Source of the DNA: Tubulanus polymorphus
Lineage: Eukaryota; Animalia; Nemertea
Assembly: GCF_964204645.1 (NCBI RefSeq)
Contig: NC_134034.1
Span: 310,001-374,000, forward strand
DNA length: 64,000 nucleotides
Direction of reading: 5' to 3'
Of this stretch, positions 38,665-51,301 are shown one piece after another. The translations under genes and the position numbers were made by a program. How positions within the stretch are numbered: the stretch's first letter is position 1; every line of letters starts with the position of its first letter. Below the pieces are notes generated by a model, which did no database searches, was not told the origin of the DNA, and was given only the letters and a program-made list of their open reading frames with translations.

Positions 38665-41380
38665 GATAGTGAAACACCAACTGAAAATGAGTAGATAATT
38701 CACTGAATTAATAAAAATTGAAAAAAACTACAAGAAAAAAGGTAAAGAAAGTATGAGAAAACGTTCTCAATCACATTTCATATTTACAAAGCCTATCAAC
38801 AGTAAAAGCTCTTTATGCGTGCACTATATATATGTATATGGGCCTTTTATATAACCACTATTTATATCTGTGTTGTGGACCACGTAATTGTGTCAAAGAG
38901 TATTCGGTGATAAAACCTGGACCTTCAGTTATTCCATTCTCATGAAATCACTGGGGTTCGAATATACACAGTGATAGTCATATATAAAATATTTCATTAA
39001 ATTGATCTTTCAGTTCGTATTGAAATACAAATAAATAAAATAGATATACAAATAAAATAGTCTTTAAATAAACAAAAAAATTTTTTTTTAAATATATACA
39101 AATAAAATAGTTTAAAAAGATACTTTGAGATAAAATACATACAAATGAAATAGTATAAAATTCAGATAAAATAGTTTTTAGATATCATAGGTATTTTAAA
39201 ATTCAGATATAAAATAGTTTCTTTAATAGATTAAAATTCAGATATAAAATAGTCTCTTCAATCTTTTTAAAATTGAGATAAAATAGTTTTACATATAATA
39301 GATACTTTAAAATTGTGATAATTTAAAATACTTTCTACAATTGTCTTAAAAATATGGGTAAAATAGTTTTTTAAGAATTACTAGTTTAGAAGTATCAATG
39401 AAATGTTTGCAGATATGAATAATTCATAATTTATAGCAATGAAATAGATTTAGATGGATCACCTTGATCAATCATAATATCGAACCAAAACATCATTGAA
39501 AGAATCCAATAATAGCGATAATAATTCACATAAAATATGATTTTGGGCAATAGAAAAAATGAAACCAGGAAAATAATTAATGATATTTCGCAGATATTCA
39601 AAAACCGTAATTAATTTTGAGAACTGGAATGAAATCTTCAACAAGAGATATTTTAGGAAAAATTCAAACTTTTGGAAAGTTAAGATTAGGAAACTCGTAG
39701 TAAATTGGAATTTCAATTGAAATTGGAATTAGGAAATTTGTAATAAATTGGAATTTCAGCACTGAAGGACTCAAAATTTAGGAACTTTGTTCTCTCTTGG
39801 AACATGAGAAACTGGAACCACAAAAATACAACAAACTGTTCAACATGTGCAGTATGACCGGGTCTCAGTCAGTAGAAATCTATTGATGATGCTGGTTTTA
39901 GTTTGGATTTTGTGACCTCTTCACAACAATAATTGCAAAATGGCTGAGAAACTACAAATAGCCTCTTTTCATGTAATCAATTAGTAGGTTATATCACATA
40001 CTTTGATACAACTTATGCCGTTTTTGGGGACGAAGGAAGCACCTGAGAACCTGATCAGATTAACAACCATATGAATGATTGACCTCTTGAAAACAACTTC
40101 AGCGTAGATTTCTTAAATCTATTGATAATTCACTCTCAACAGCCTTAATCTGACGTGTGTTTTATGCATTGCTCGCCTACATGGAAACAATTCCACGCTC
40201 TATCAACCATATTTCAATTGCTAAACGCAATTTAGACCCCAATCAAGGACCAGGAGTTACTTTATCAGAGCGGTGTCTATTACTGAGTTGATCGATTGTT
40301 ATGAACTTAACAATTTTCCTTTTAGACCATCTCCTCTATCATATCTCTCTAAACTCCTCTATCATATCTCCATAAACTCCTCTCTCATATCTCCATAAAC
40401 TCCTCTCTCATATCTCCATAAACTCCTCTCTCATATTCCCTGAACCTCCTCTCTCATACCTCCCTGAACCTCCTCTCTCATATGCCTTATTGATTTCAAC
40501 AAGAGATTAATTAAGACTAATTATTAACAAGAATTTTGAACTCAACCCTTGATCCTGGTGATCGTTAGAATCAGTAGAGATCAATATCAATCAATAAAAC
40601 CCGATCACTGATGTGATAACAACGAATTTTCCAATCCAAGATCTTTATTTTATACTTTCTTTATCAGAGATTCTTAATCATTGCAAATTTTTGCAGATCT
40701 TAGCTTTTTTTCTATTATAACCTATGTTCAATTATGAACTCATGCATTCATGCATTGATCACCGATCCAGATGGTGATGGTTTCACACCTTAGAAATGTA
40801 ATGAAATTGATTACCGTAGTCTTTGCTGTGGTTTCCTTTCTTGCGCAATTTTTAATCCGGGCAATCTCACGTATATAAATATATATCCCTTTTCCTTATG
40901 AGTAAACATTCTAAATCCCTCCGATCACATGTGAAGGATTTCCCTCCGTTGTTGAGCATTAGATATTAACATTTCAATCATTCAAGTTTTCATGTCATAT
41001 TAAATTAATCTTTAATTCTGTAATTAGAAAAACAAGTATGTTAATAACGATATAATGGTTTAGCACTTGACGTATAAACGTCATAGTATTTGGGGGAGGG
41101 GGCAACATGGAACATTGAACAATCTGTTTCAATGTAGTTTCCTAAGGAATCGCATTATGTGAAACATAGCTGTTCCATCTCCATGTTATTTTCAGCTTCA
41201 TAAGGAAACGCATTATGTGTGAAACATAGCTATTCCTTCTCCATGTTTCGATAAAGTTCGATAAAGAATCACGTAAAAGTTCCTTTTGATTTGAAAAATC
41301 CACTTTTTTTCAAACTCCATAGGAGTTATTGTAGGAATTGATTCCCTGCATATCTCGAAAGAGATTTACAACGGCTGACC

Positions 41381-41960
41381 ATAGAATTAGAATAGATGAC
41401 TCCTAAGAAGGCTACTGCCACAATCAGGTGGTATGGATGGTTATTGCTGCAAAGTAGTGGCAAGGATGGTTTATATCCCGAAAGATATTTGAAAAGGTCG
41501 ACCATGGTATTAGAATTGATGACTCATAAGAAGGCTACTGCCACAATCAGGTGGTATGGATGGTTATTGCTGCAAAGTAGTGGCAAGGATGGTTTATATC
41601 CCGAAAGATATTTGAAAAGGTCGACCATGGTATTAGAATTGATGACTCATAAGAAGGCTACTGCCACAATCAGGTGGTATGGATGGTTATTGCTGGAAAG
41701 TAGTGGCAAGGATGGTTTATATCCCGAAAGATATTTGAAAAGGTCGACCATGGTATTAGAATTGATGACTCATAAGAAGGCTACTGCCACAATCAGGTGG
41801 TATGGATGGTTATTGCTGCAAAGTAGTGGCAAGGATGGTTTATATCCCGAAAGATATTTGAAAAGGTCGACCATGGTATTAGAATTGATGACTCATAAGA
41901 AGGCTACTGCCACAATTAGGTGGTATAGATGGCTACTGCTGCAAAGTAGCGCCAAGAATG
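41381..41960. repeat. 123-bp tandem array (~4.7 copies)
   Basis: Near-identical units; the period is a multiple of 3, giving a 41-aa repetitive ORF. Confidence 0.9.
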
Positions 41961-42464
41961 GTTAATGCTTCAGCATTGTGAGAAGCACAATGAACCTTAG
42001 TTAATAAGGTAAGAGTTAATGCAAAAATGGGGGTTAAAATGGAGTGGAACACAGTGGGTCGTACAGTCAAAAAAAAATAAATAAATGATTTAAAAAGTAA
42101 ATGAATGGGATGATGGACAAATATTTCTTTTTGTCCAAAAAGTAAATAAAGGGATGAAATGATAATGAATTTTTTTAATCATTTTTCAATTTTTTAAATT
42201 TTTTTGGAGAAACCGTAAAACCTCCATAAAAGCAATGATTATATGCAATGATGTCTGGTTTTTTATTTTCATATTTTTTTTATAAAAGCAAGGAGGACTG
42301 CACGCCCACTGGTTCAAGGAGTGTTGACAGATATTTAACACTGCGCAACCTGCAGATCGACGAAGGTGGAAGGGAAAACTGAGTTTCAAGAAGTGCCGAT
42401 CTGCAGACGTGCATGGGCTGATGTTGTTGCCCGGGTGATGGCGAGTGAAGGGGCTGATGTTATT

Positions 42465-45400
42465 TTAATTTGTTCGCCTACGTTTAACTAATTCATATTT
42501 TCCTTTAAAGGCCCCTTCAACATCGCGGAGCATTTTGATTGGATCGTGGTAGTTGATGTTTCTTGACCACCCAGGGCCGCGCGCCACCAGCTCGACAGCG
42601 GGGGAAGGTGGTGCCCCCACTGGAGCGCCTGATGTTGAAGCATTTTCGTTATCATTATATTTTCTCTTCTTATTTCTATTTTTTCCAGTCGATGTCGATG
42701 TTGATGGAGGTGGTCCGGTTGATGGTGGTGGTCCGGCAGATGCTGGTGTTGACGTAGATGCTGGTGTTGACGTAGATGCTGGTGTTGACGTAGATGCTGG
42801 TGTTGACGTAGATGCTGGTGTTGACGTAGATGCTGGTGTTGACTTAGATGTTGGTGGTCTGGTACGTGGTGGTGGTCTGGTACGTGGTGGTGGTGGTGGT
42901 GGCGGGGGAGTTGCGGGCCCTGGTGGTGTCGCTCCAGGAGTGGCGAATTCCTCCTCATCACTGCTCTCCTCCTCAAAATTTGGTTGCGGAGGTGGAGGAG
43001 GACGAGCTGCACGTTTGCCTTTTTTTTTTGTTTTCGGACGCCCCGAACCTATTGCGTAATCTATATCTTTAGTCTTTCGACGGGGCGACCGACGCAGTGA
43101 AGGCGTCTGAAGCTGTGGCGCCTCTGTCGGGGTCACCACTGCAGGGGCGACCTCCTGCTCCACATTTACGGGAGAAGCAGGGTCCACCTCCTGCAAAGGA
43201 ACCAACTCAAAAGGTGGAACAATTTCAGGAAGAGTTGGTTCCTTAGGCCCGCAGAGAGATACACACCTTGTATAAGTATCTTTTAATGCTGGAAGTGCTC
43301 TGCGGGCTGCTTCAGACTGGTCATGTTGGATGTTTTCAATGATGTCTATATCTGAAATGAAAAAAAAAAAACATTAAGGATCATGCATATTACACATAAA
43401 TGACATAATGACATGTTCGAATATAATTATCATATTTGTATATAGTAACCTATAAAATAATGCAGTTATCCAATAGGTGAATGTGACGTGATGGGGTGAG
43501 AAGGGTCATTTGAACGTTTGGAAGGGATCGTAAGCTTATTTTGTGAGAAGTGATCATGTCACTGGTTGTAGACTAACGCTGTTGTAACTACACTTTTAAC
43601 TGCTCTCATGATTTGCATCATCCATTACATAATAACGATGAGTTGACAGTATATCATCAGTGAGGCTGATAATTGAATCTTCCAATACACATTTTATAAT
43701 GGTATTTTCATGTCTTATATACTTGATATATTTCAGAACCAACCCTGTACGTGGACGGGTACACTTTTGTTAATTCATTAATGGAAATACTGATTGTAAT
43801 AAATTACATCCTACCATTACCTTGACAATCAATTTTGGTAGATAATCATGAATCAAAAATACACTTGATTTTTTTTCTGGGGTGATGACGTACCAGGTTC
43901 CAGGTGACAAAAACTATACATTATAATGAATAATCAATGGAATTGTTACCCATGACCCTGGTTTCAAAATCTGGGAACCTCTTTGGAATAACACGCATGA
44001 TAACTTTTCATTTATCAACCAATTGAAATGGAAACTTTGAAACGATAAAAGATCTAATTTAAAACAAATGTCGCGCTGTATCAACAAAAAATTAATCGAT
44101 AATTCCTTTTATTCAGTAATTACTTTTCAAATGGATGAGTGAAAAATGTGTCCACACTTCAGAAATGTATTCAATTATTTTGTAGAAAACTTTTTCATTG
44201 CATACAGTGCCACACTCCATCCACGGTAAGTTGGAGAATTTGTATATTTTCTACTGAATTTTCTCAAAAATGAAGATAAAAATATGATTGTTTTTTTTAA
44301 ATATTTTATTGTTTAAACTATTTACAGCATGAATTAAAACAGAAAAACGACACAAATAATTTCACTTCGCTGAATCTAAAACCAGTAAAAGCCATTTCAC
44401 ACAACACTGCCCACTACTGCACCTTCAGAAACAACACTCACTACAAATATAATACATTCATTTTGAAGAACAATATTTCAGTATCAACATAAATGGCTGT
44501 AATTCAATTTTCCCAATAGAATATTCATTGTCAGCAATAGGCCTATTGGCACTCCACATATTCATTACATAACTCACCTAGAATGTATAATTCATCGTAC
44601 AGCAGCCATTCATTTATTCAGATCAACAAAATTCTATGCACAGCCATTTCAGCTGATATTCATCATACAGTAGCCTCCGCCTAAACTGCTACAGTTTGGC
44701 ACCTTCTATTTTCTACCTTATTAGGCACCGGCTTTTAAGAATTGCAAAAATCAATTGATGAAAAGATTTATTGAGCCTAATAGCGGTCAAAATTATCAAG
44801 TTCTTTGTATTTTATACAATCTGACCATGTAGTGAATCCCCAAATTTCTTCTATAACTCTTTCAGAGCCCAGTCGACTTTCGTCTACAGATTATTTCAGG
44901 TCGTACAGAGCCCTGTCGACTTTAGTCGACATTTCTTATAGCAGTTATATTTTTAGTTTTTCGCATAGAATTCAGCAGAGAAATCTGCCGCTAGATGGCT
45001 TGATTAAATGGCAGCACCCGTTAGTTTGTTTTTATGCTGCGTTTTTGTGGTGATGCTATTCAAAATATTTGAGTTTTTTGCCTTTGAAAGTGGCGGGTAC
45101 TTATCCGGAGGTCACGTGATTTAATTATTCGGTCATTTTCTAATTATAATTACCCGTACAATATATATTTCTGACCGTAGACATAGAATATTCCATTGTC
45201 AGCTGTTAGCTGAGGCTAGATACCTGATTTGTTCATTTTGATACATGAAATTTAGAGGCTTATCAAATAAATAGGTCACCGATTATAATTCATGCAAATT
45301 AGCTCATTTGCATAGAACGTCACTTTCAGTAAGAAAAATTACCACCAAAATTTTCCAAGGATCATATACCCTACAAACTTTTCAATTACCATAACGCTCT

Positions 45401-48400
45401 ATCTCTTACAGTTTTCACTCTACGGAACTCCAAAGTTTCTACTGATTTTCCTACTTTTTAGATAACAATGATGGGCACTCTGAGGGTTTTTCTCTAATTA
45501 CACATAGAACATAAGGCCTAATCACTAACAGCAAAAATACATAAAGATGTTCTAATGTTTTTATGTATTTTTGCTAACAGAGATAGAAGGTTGATAGTAC
45601 ATACATGTATTCTATAATATAGGCGAACAGCCATTACAGTTTACCGGTTTAGGCAGAGAATAAACGGAAATGAAGTGAACATTTACGGGATACGGGAAGC
45701 ATTCTGGGAAACCAGGTCATCGTGGATTCGAACCAGTACATTACCATTGTGTCCCTGCCAAGACACTTATCCTCATTTCCTCTCTCCACCCAGGAGTAAA
45801 TGGGTACCTTGGCCGATAGATGACCCCCGAGCGCCTAGCAGCTGTTCAAATGTTACCTCACCCCAGGAGACTATTAAATGGCTGGGGCAATAAAACCGAA
45901 AATGTGAAGCGCTCTGAGCAGCTGCTGGTTTTAGGGCTATATTAGACATATACTATTATTATCATTATTATCATCGAACAGAGCAATACCAGAAAAGGCA
46001 AAACATATGTATTGAAAAACAACATTTCATCTTTATTTCATCGAATTGAACAGATTATACTAGATATAGACCGTCTACCAGTTTAAGTGAAGTCTACAGT
46101 ATCATTAAGGGCAAAAAATCCAATAAAATTTGATACATTTTTGTAAATGAATTTTCACCGAATTTTAGTTCGAAAAAATTGCAATATATCCTTCTGTATT
46201 TTCTGTGTTTCATCATCAATCAACAATCTTCAACTTTTACTTTCAGAAACAACCGTCGGGGTAAGATCCATTTCACTCGACACTGTCCACTACTGTACCT
46301 TCAGAAACAACCATCAGGGGTAAAAACCATTTCACACGACACTGTCTGCTGCTGCAACTTCATACAATCAAATCCATTCACTACAAATTACAATAAGATT
46401 TTTATCTATAAAAATCAAACATCATTAAACAGCGAACAATAAACGATATTTAAAATTTAGGCCTATTATATCACATGCATTCATTAAGTATTTCAAATAA
46501 GTCACTACTTACCCTTCAAGTATAGAATTATTCAGTGGAATAATTCACTATAAATACAGCTGCAGCCGTTTACAGAAAAAACAATATGAAATGTTGCCGT
46601 CGAACTTGTAAGGTGTAAAACAGGATAGACCTAGATAAATGTCAGGCCTGGATAACGGTAGAGGAAATACATTTCATGGCTTTAAGAAAATAAAAGAATT
46701 TTGAAAAAAAAACATGAAGTCAAAGGGTAGGCCTATCTGAATTATCGGCCTATCGGAAATTTGATAAAATCTGGTCTCAGAACGAAATAAATCACAGTTC
46801 CGATGCTGACTAAACTGTGGTCCCGATACTGACTAAACTATGGTCCTGATACTGAGTAAACTGTGGTACCGATACTGACTAAACTGTGGTCCCGATACTG
46901 ACTAAACTGTGGTCCCGATACTGACTAAACTGTGGTCCCGATACTGAGTAAACTGTGGTCCCGATACTGAGTAAACTGTGGTCCGGATACTGACGTAACT
47001 GTGGTCCGGATACTGACGTAACTGTGGTCCTGATACTGACTAAACTGGGGTCCCGATACTGACTAAACTGTGGTCCCGATACTGACTAAACTGTGGTCCC
47101 GATACTGACTAAACTGTGGTCCTGATACTGACTAAACTGTGGTCCCGATACTGAGTAAACTGTGGTACCGATACTGACTAAACTGTGGTCCCAATACTGA
47201 CTAAACTGTGGTCCGGATACCGACTAAACTGTGGTCCCGATACTGAGTAAACTGTGATCCCGATACTGACTAAACTGTGGTCCCGATACTGACTAAACTG
47301 TGGTCCTGATACTGACTAAACTGTGGTACTGATACTGACTAAACTGTGGTCCCGATACTGAGTAAACTGTGGTCCTGATACTGACTAAACTGTGGTCCCG
47401 ATACTGAGTAAACTCACTGTATAAGACTCAGTACCTAACGAGGCACCAACCATTGACCGTAATAATGAATCCATTAGAAATAAATCGTGTGTAAACTGTA
47501 TTTGCCGCAAGGCCGCAATATCTAGGATTTGCCAACAATTAGGCGATGAAGATTCGGACTATGAGCCGAGCTAGTGAAAGACATTCCTATCAAACATCAT
47601 ATCCTTAGTTTAGATCTAGTATAAACATCGAGTGGGTGTGGCTTAAGAATAGTTAGCCGAAATGATAGCAGTTGCGAGGTATACCTCATTCCCGCTATAA
47701 TCTCGGGATCTCAAACTGTTGTGAGCAACTACCTAGAGATACGAAGAACAAAGTTTAACCAATAAATCAAAAATAGTGATCCTGAATTTCCTGACGATTG
47801 ACGGATGATTAATAAAAAAGAAAATCACATGTTTTCGGATCCTGGAGTCGCAGAGAAAAACAAAAGTAACGTAAATACTAGTGCTACTTTTCAGCGGTAT
47901 CTAAAATGTTGGTCCCAAAATGTGACGGGTATCTGGATACGGACAAAACAGCTATCCGGTTCCTGACTTAATTATTAACTAAACTATGGACTAAACCGCA
48001 ATCCAGTTATTGACTAAACTATGGACTAAACCGCAGTCCAGTTATTGACAAAATTATGGACTAAACCGCAGTCCAGTTATTGACTAAACTATGGACTAAA
48101 ACGCAGTCCAGTTATTGACTAAAATATGGACCTAACCGCAGTTCAGTTATTGACTTAACTATGGACTACATCGCAGTCCAGTTATTGACTAAACTATGGA
48201 CTAAACCCGGCCAGTCCAGTTACTGATTAAAATATGGACTAAACTGAAGTCTGCTTACTGACTAAATAGTAAATGGACTGAACTGCGCAGTCCAATTACT
48301 TGATTTATCGAACGTAAATCAGGATTTTCTATGAAGTGCATTGGTCTGGAGGCCTAGACAGTTTTAACTATTTATGTTGTAACTTATCTCTATTGACTGG

Positions 48401-49095
48401 ATACAGCATTCAAATGAATAACATGAGGAATATATCACAATTTCGACGATATTTGAAACCGAAACCAGGAACCAGGAAATGAGGTTACTTCCTCAAGTTA
48501 ATTCTCATCCATCAGAGCCTCTACTCACTATTCAATTCAATTCAAAATTTATTCACCATTAGATTTGTTACCAAATTCAATCGAGTTTAAGGGTGGTGAC
48601 AGAATTGCATCATTCGTCAAAATGAAAAATTTATAATCGAACAATTGAAATTTGAAATAGAATAAAAGACTAGAAACATAAAATGATATTTTCAAAATTA
48701 AATCAGTGTGAGACATAAATTGAGTTTCCCGAAATTAAAGAGGATTGAATGAAATTGACATTAGACGATATTAGATTTTTTAATTGATGATATTCGAAAT
48801 AATTGAGATTGAGACAATTTGAGATTTAGGATATCCAATAATGCGGAGATTTGAGATGAAATAATTGTGAATTTTAGATCAAATAATTTCAGATGTTGGA
48901 AATCAAATAATTTGAGATTTTCGTCAAAAATAATCGAGAATTTGAGGTATTCAAGATGATCTAATTAAGATTGATGAAGTAGAGTTTGTACTTACTCAAA
49001 TCAAAAAACGCGCCGAGGGTTTCAGGGTCGAGCGTCAGCACCTCGGCGCGAACCAGCTTCAACAGTCCCGAAAAAAGGTCATATTTTGTAGACAT
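42465..49095 (-). CDS. Orphan ~328-aa protein: death-domain-like N-terminus plus Pro/Ser/Thr-rich disordered tail with basic NLS-like and acidic patches
   Basis: Coding exon 49095-48996 (MSTKYDLFSGLLKLVRAEVLTLDPETLGAFFDL, phase-1 donor gtaagt) joins in frame to the phase-1 acceptor (tttcag) exon 43351-42465 (NIDIIENIQHDQSEAARRAL...KRRRTN*). AATAAA at 42262-42267 (minus). The join is inferred from phase compatibility only. Confidence 0.55.
45690..45975 (+). mobile_element. tRNA-derived CORE-type SINE with L2-like 3' tail
   Basis: B-box-like ggattcgaacc; CORE-like gtgtccctgccaagacacttatcct; tail tgtgaagcgctctgag..gctatatt..(tat)n. Confidence 0.6.
46793..47413. repeat. 23-bp tandem array (~27 copies)
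   Basis: (actgtggtcccgatactgactaa)n. Confidence 0.95.
47975..48300. repeat. 33-bp tandem array (~9-10 copies)
   Basis: (gactaaactatggactaaaccgcagtccagttatt)-like units. Confidence 0.9.
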
Positions 49096-49846
49096 ATTCA
49101 AAGTTGAAGTTGAAGTTTTAATTGTTGAAGTTGTAATTGTTGTAGTTGTCGTTGTACTGCTGCTGTTGCTTTTATAACTGTTGCTTTTTTAACTGCTGCT
49201 GTTGATGCTGCTGCTGCTACTGCAATGTAAAAACAATCTTATAAAAATCAAGAAAATCGAAAATTATTGACTCTAAGAAATAGCTAAATCGAGTTTCTAT
49301 TAAGTAATAATAATAATTAACGTTAAATTATTGGGTATCATAATTTTCTAAATATTAAATATAGAAGCCACCAGAATTAAGTTGAACGACGCTTCGAATG
49401 AAAGGTTTCTATGGATTCGAGTCATGGTTGAATAGACTGAGCTGTCTGTGTATTACACCTAGGCATGTCAACTAGCCGCTTTAGCGCGTCGATTTGAACA
49501 CCATATAAACTGATTCCGAAAATTTCATAAATAAATTGTATAGTTTCCTCAATAAAATCACAATAACGTCTTCATTATTACGAGAGCGAAATTGCAAATC
49601 AAATGTTGTAATTTACTTCTAAATGTTAAAAACACCATTTGGACAATTTAGAGCAAAAGGAACGTCAAAATGGAAATGTCATAATTAAACACCTATATAA
49701 TATAACCCGAACTTTCGGAACTATTGAAATTGTCTTACATAAAGCCGTATGCGAAACTTAAGGTCTATATGTAAAAAATTTACAAGTAAGATTGATAAAT
49801 AGATTTGATCGAAAGAATTAAATAAAATGGATGACGTTTTGCTTAC

Positions 49847-49941
49847 CTGAAAATGGCCGAACTGGAAAGAGGGATCAGCTGACCTGAGTTTTTATACCAA
49901 CAGTGTGACGTCACTGATCCTGGCCAATGAGAAGTACCAAT
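49847..49941 (-). promoter_or_regulatory. Pol II promoter and short non-coding first exon of the orphan gene
   Basis: TATAAAAA at 49889-49896 (minus); CRE TGACGTCA at 49906-49913; CCAAT at 49924 and 49937; Inr-like CCAGTT at ~49863; strong donor CAG|gtaagc at 49847; acceptor ttgcag at 49219. Confidence 0.6.
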
Positions 49942-50182
49942 ATTACCGCCAAGTTTAGAAAATCATTTTCTGGTGGGATTCGAACCTGATCAACGCCACA
50001 AAAAATTCCATTTGGTTCGAATACACGCAAATTCAATTAATATTCCACTGATGTGTCCTCAGTTTACCCCAGTTATCTGTTTAACTTAATCTGTTTGACA
50101 AACTGTTTAAGATGCATTCTGAAAATCGATTTTAAGCAAACTGAACACATACGAAATCACATACGAGACAAACTTACACACA

Positions 50183-50262
50183 CCGATATATGGTCTAGTG
50201 GTTAGAAATCTCGCCTGGAACACCGGAGACCACAGTTTCGAGTCCTGTCGGCTCGCTTTTTT
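50183..50262 (+). pseudogene. tRNA-like relic or SINE head
   Basis: A-box tggtctagtggtt, degenerate B-box gtttcgagtcc, followed by a T-run; acceptor stem does not pair cleanly. Confidence 0.35.
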
Positions 50263-51129
50263 ATTTCACAGGACTTGGTAATTTGCCCCAAGTCTGTTTC
50301 TTTTTTTTCGATGTTTCAGATTGTGATGAGGGGTGGCCTACTCGGTGATATTGATTTGAAGATGAAATATGTACGGAGATGTTTCAGATGACGGATGTAA
50401 TTTCAGAGGGTATAATTTGAAACGTCAATAACAGTAGCCCAATAGTACGATAACCACACTCAAACTTGGTGAACGGATAGTGACGATGATCTCTAGGGTG
50501 AGATCGAAACTTCGTGTATTTTATATATTTTAAATTGTTCGAATAAATAAATTCTTGATTTTAAAATTCTTTTAATCTGTAGATAGTGGGTTTTTATCTC
50601 ATTAACAGTAGCCCAAATTTGTGATCGGTAGTGTGAGTGAGTGAACCCTGTGATGGCTCTCACTCTTAATTACGAATCTATTCAATTCTTATTCAGTTCA
50701 TACAGTCGGTTTCTTACTGTTGGGAGCTGCCCCTTTGCGTATCTGAGCGGTAAATTTGGAACTAACTGATAGTTCAAATTTCCTACTGCGGCGCGCGAGT
50801 AATGAGTTAGTTCATTCACAGTCAACCTGTACATCCTCTCAGCATCAGGACCACTCTGAATCAGCGTCAATTACGGGTTCGAACCCGGGACACCCCTGTA
50901 CATCCTCCGTTTAGCATTATAGGACCACACTCTGAATCAGTATCAGTAATTACTGGGTTTGAACCAACATACTAGCAGAATGTGACTGGACTTGGAATGG
51001 AAGAGAAGTAATAGTCTAGGCTCAGCAACCAGTCAAGGGATAGTACAGTCGTTCTGCGATTGTACTCGTTTTCACCGAAGTCTGATAACGACTGATACCA
51101 GAGTTTACGCACGTGGTTATGTTATTATT

Positions 51130-51192
51130 TATATATGACGTCATTGACAAATTCTTCTTGGCACGACAACCGTGTGTATGCGCATGTGCGAC
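51130..51192 (+). promoter_or_regulatory. Putative VPS16 promoter (CRE, NRF1-like)
   Basis: TGACGTCA at 51136-51143 and tgcgcatgtgc at ~51179, upstream of the ATG at 51302. Confidence 0.45.
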
Positions 51193-51301
51193 GCATTTGA
51201 CTATTAGCGATTGACGAATAGCAAATGACGAATAGCGAATGACGAATGATGATGTCCCTGCAGGTATTCGGTCCGATTCCGTGTTTTAATGCATATTCAA
51301 C

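Noticed and set aside
41396-41965. 189-aa ORF with 41-aa repeats
   Set aside because: Explained by the 123-bp tandem period; no recognisable domain.
44120-44222. RING-like fragment (MEC..C / LKCGHIFH) on the minus strand
   Set aside because: Needs a frameshift, hits a stop immediately and lacks the remaining ligands; too short to distinguish from chance.
21628-48300. CRISPR-like arrays
   Set aside because: Arrays are head-to-tail without unique spacers, there are no cas genes, and the context is eukaryotic.
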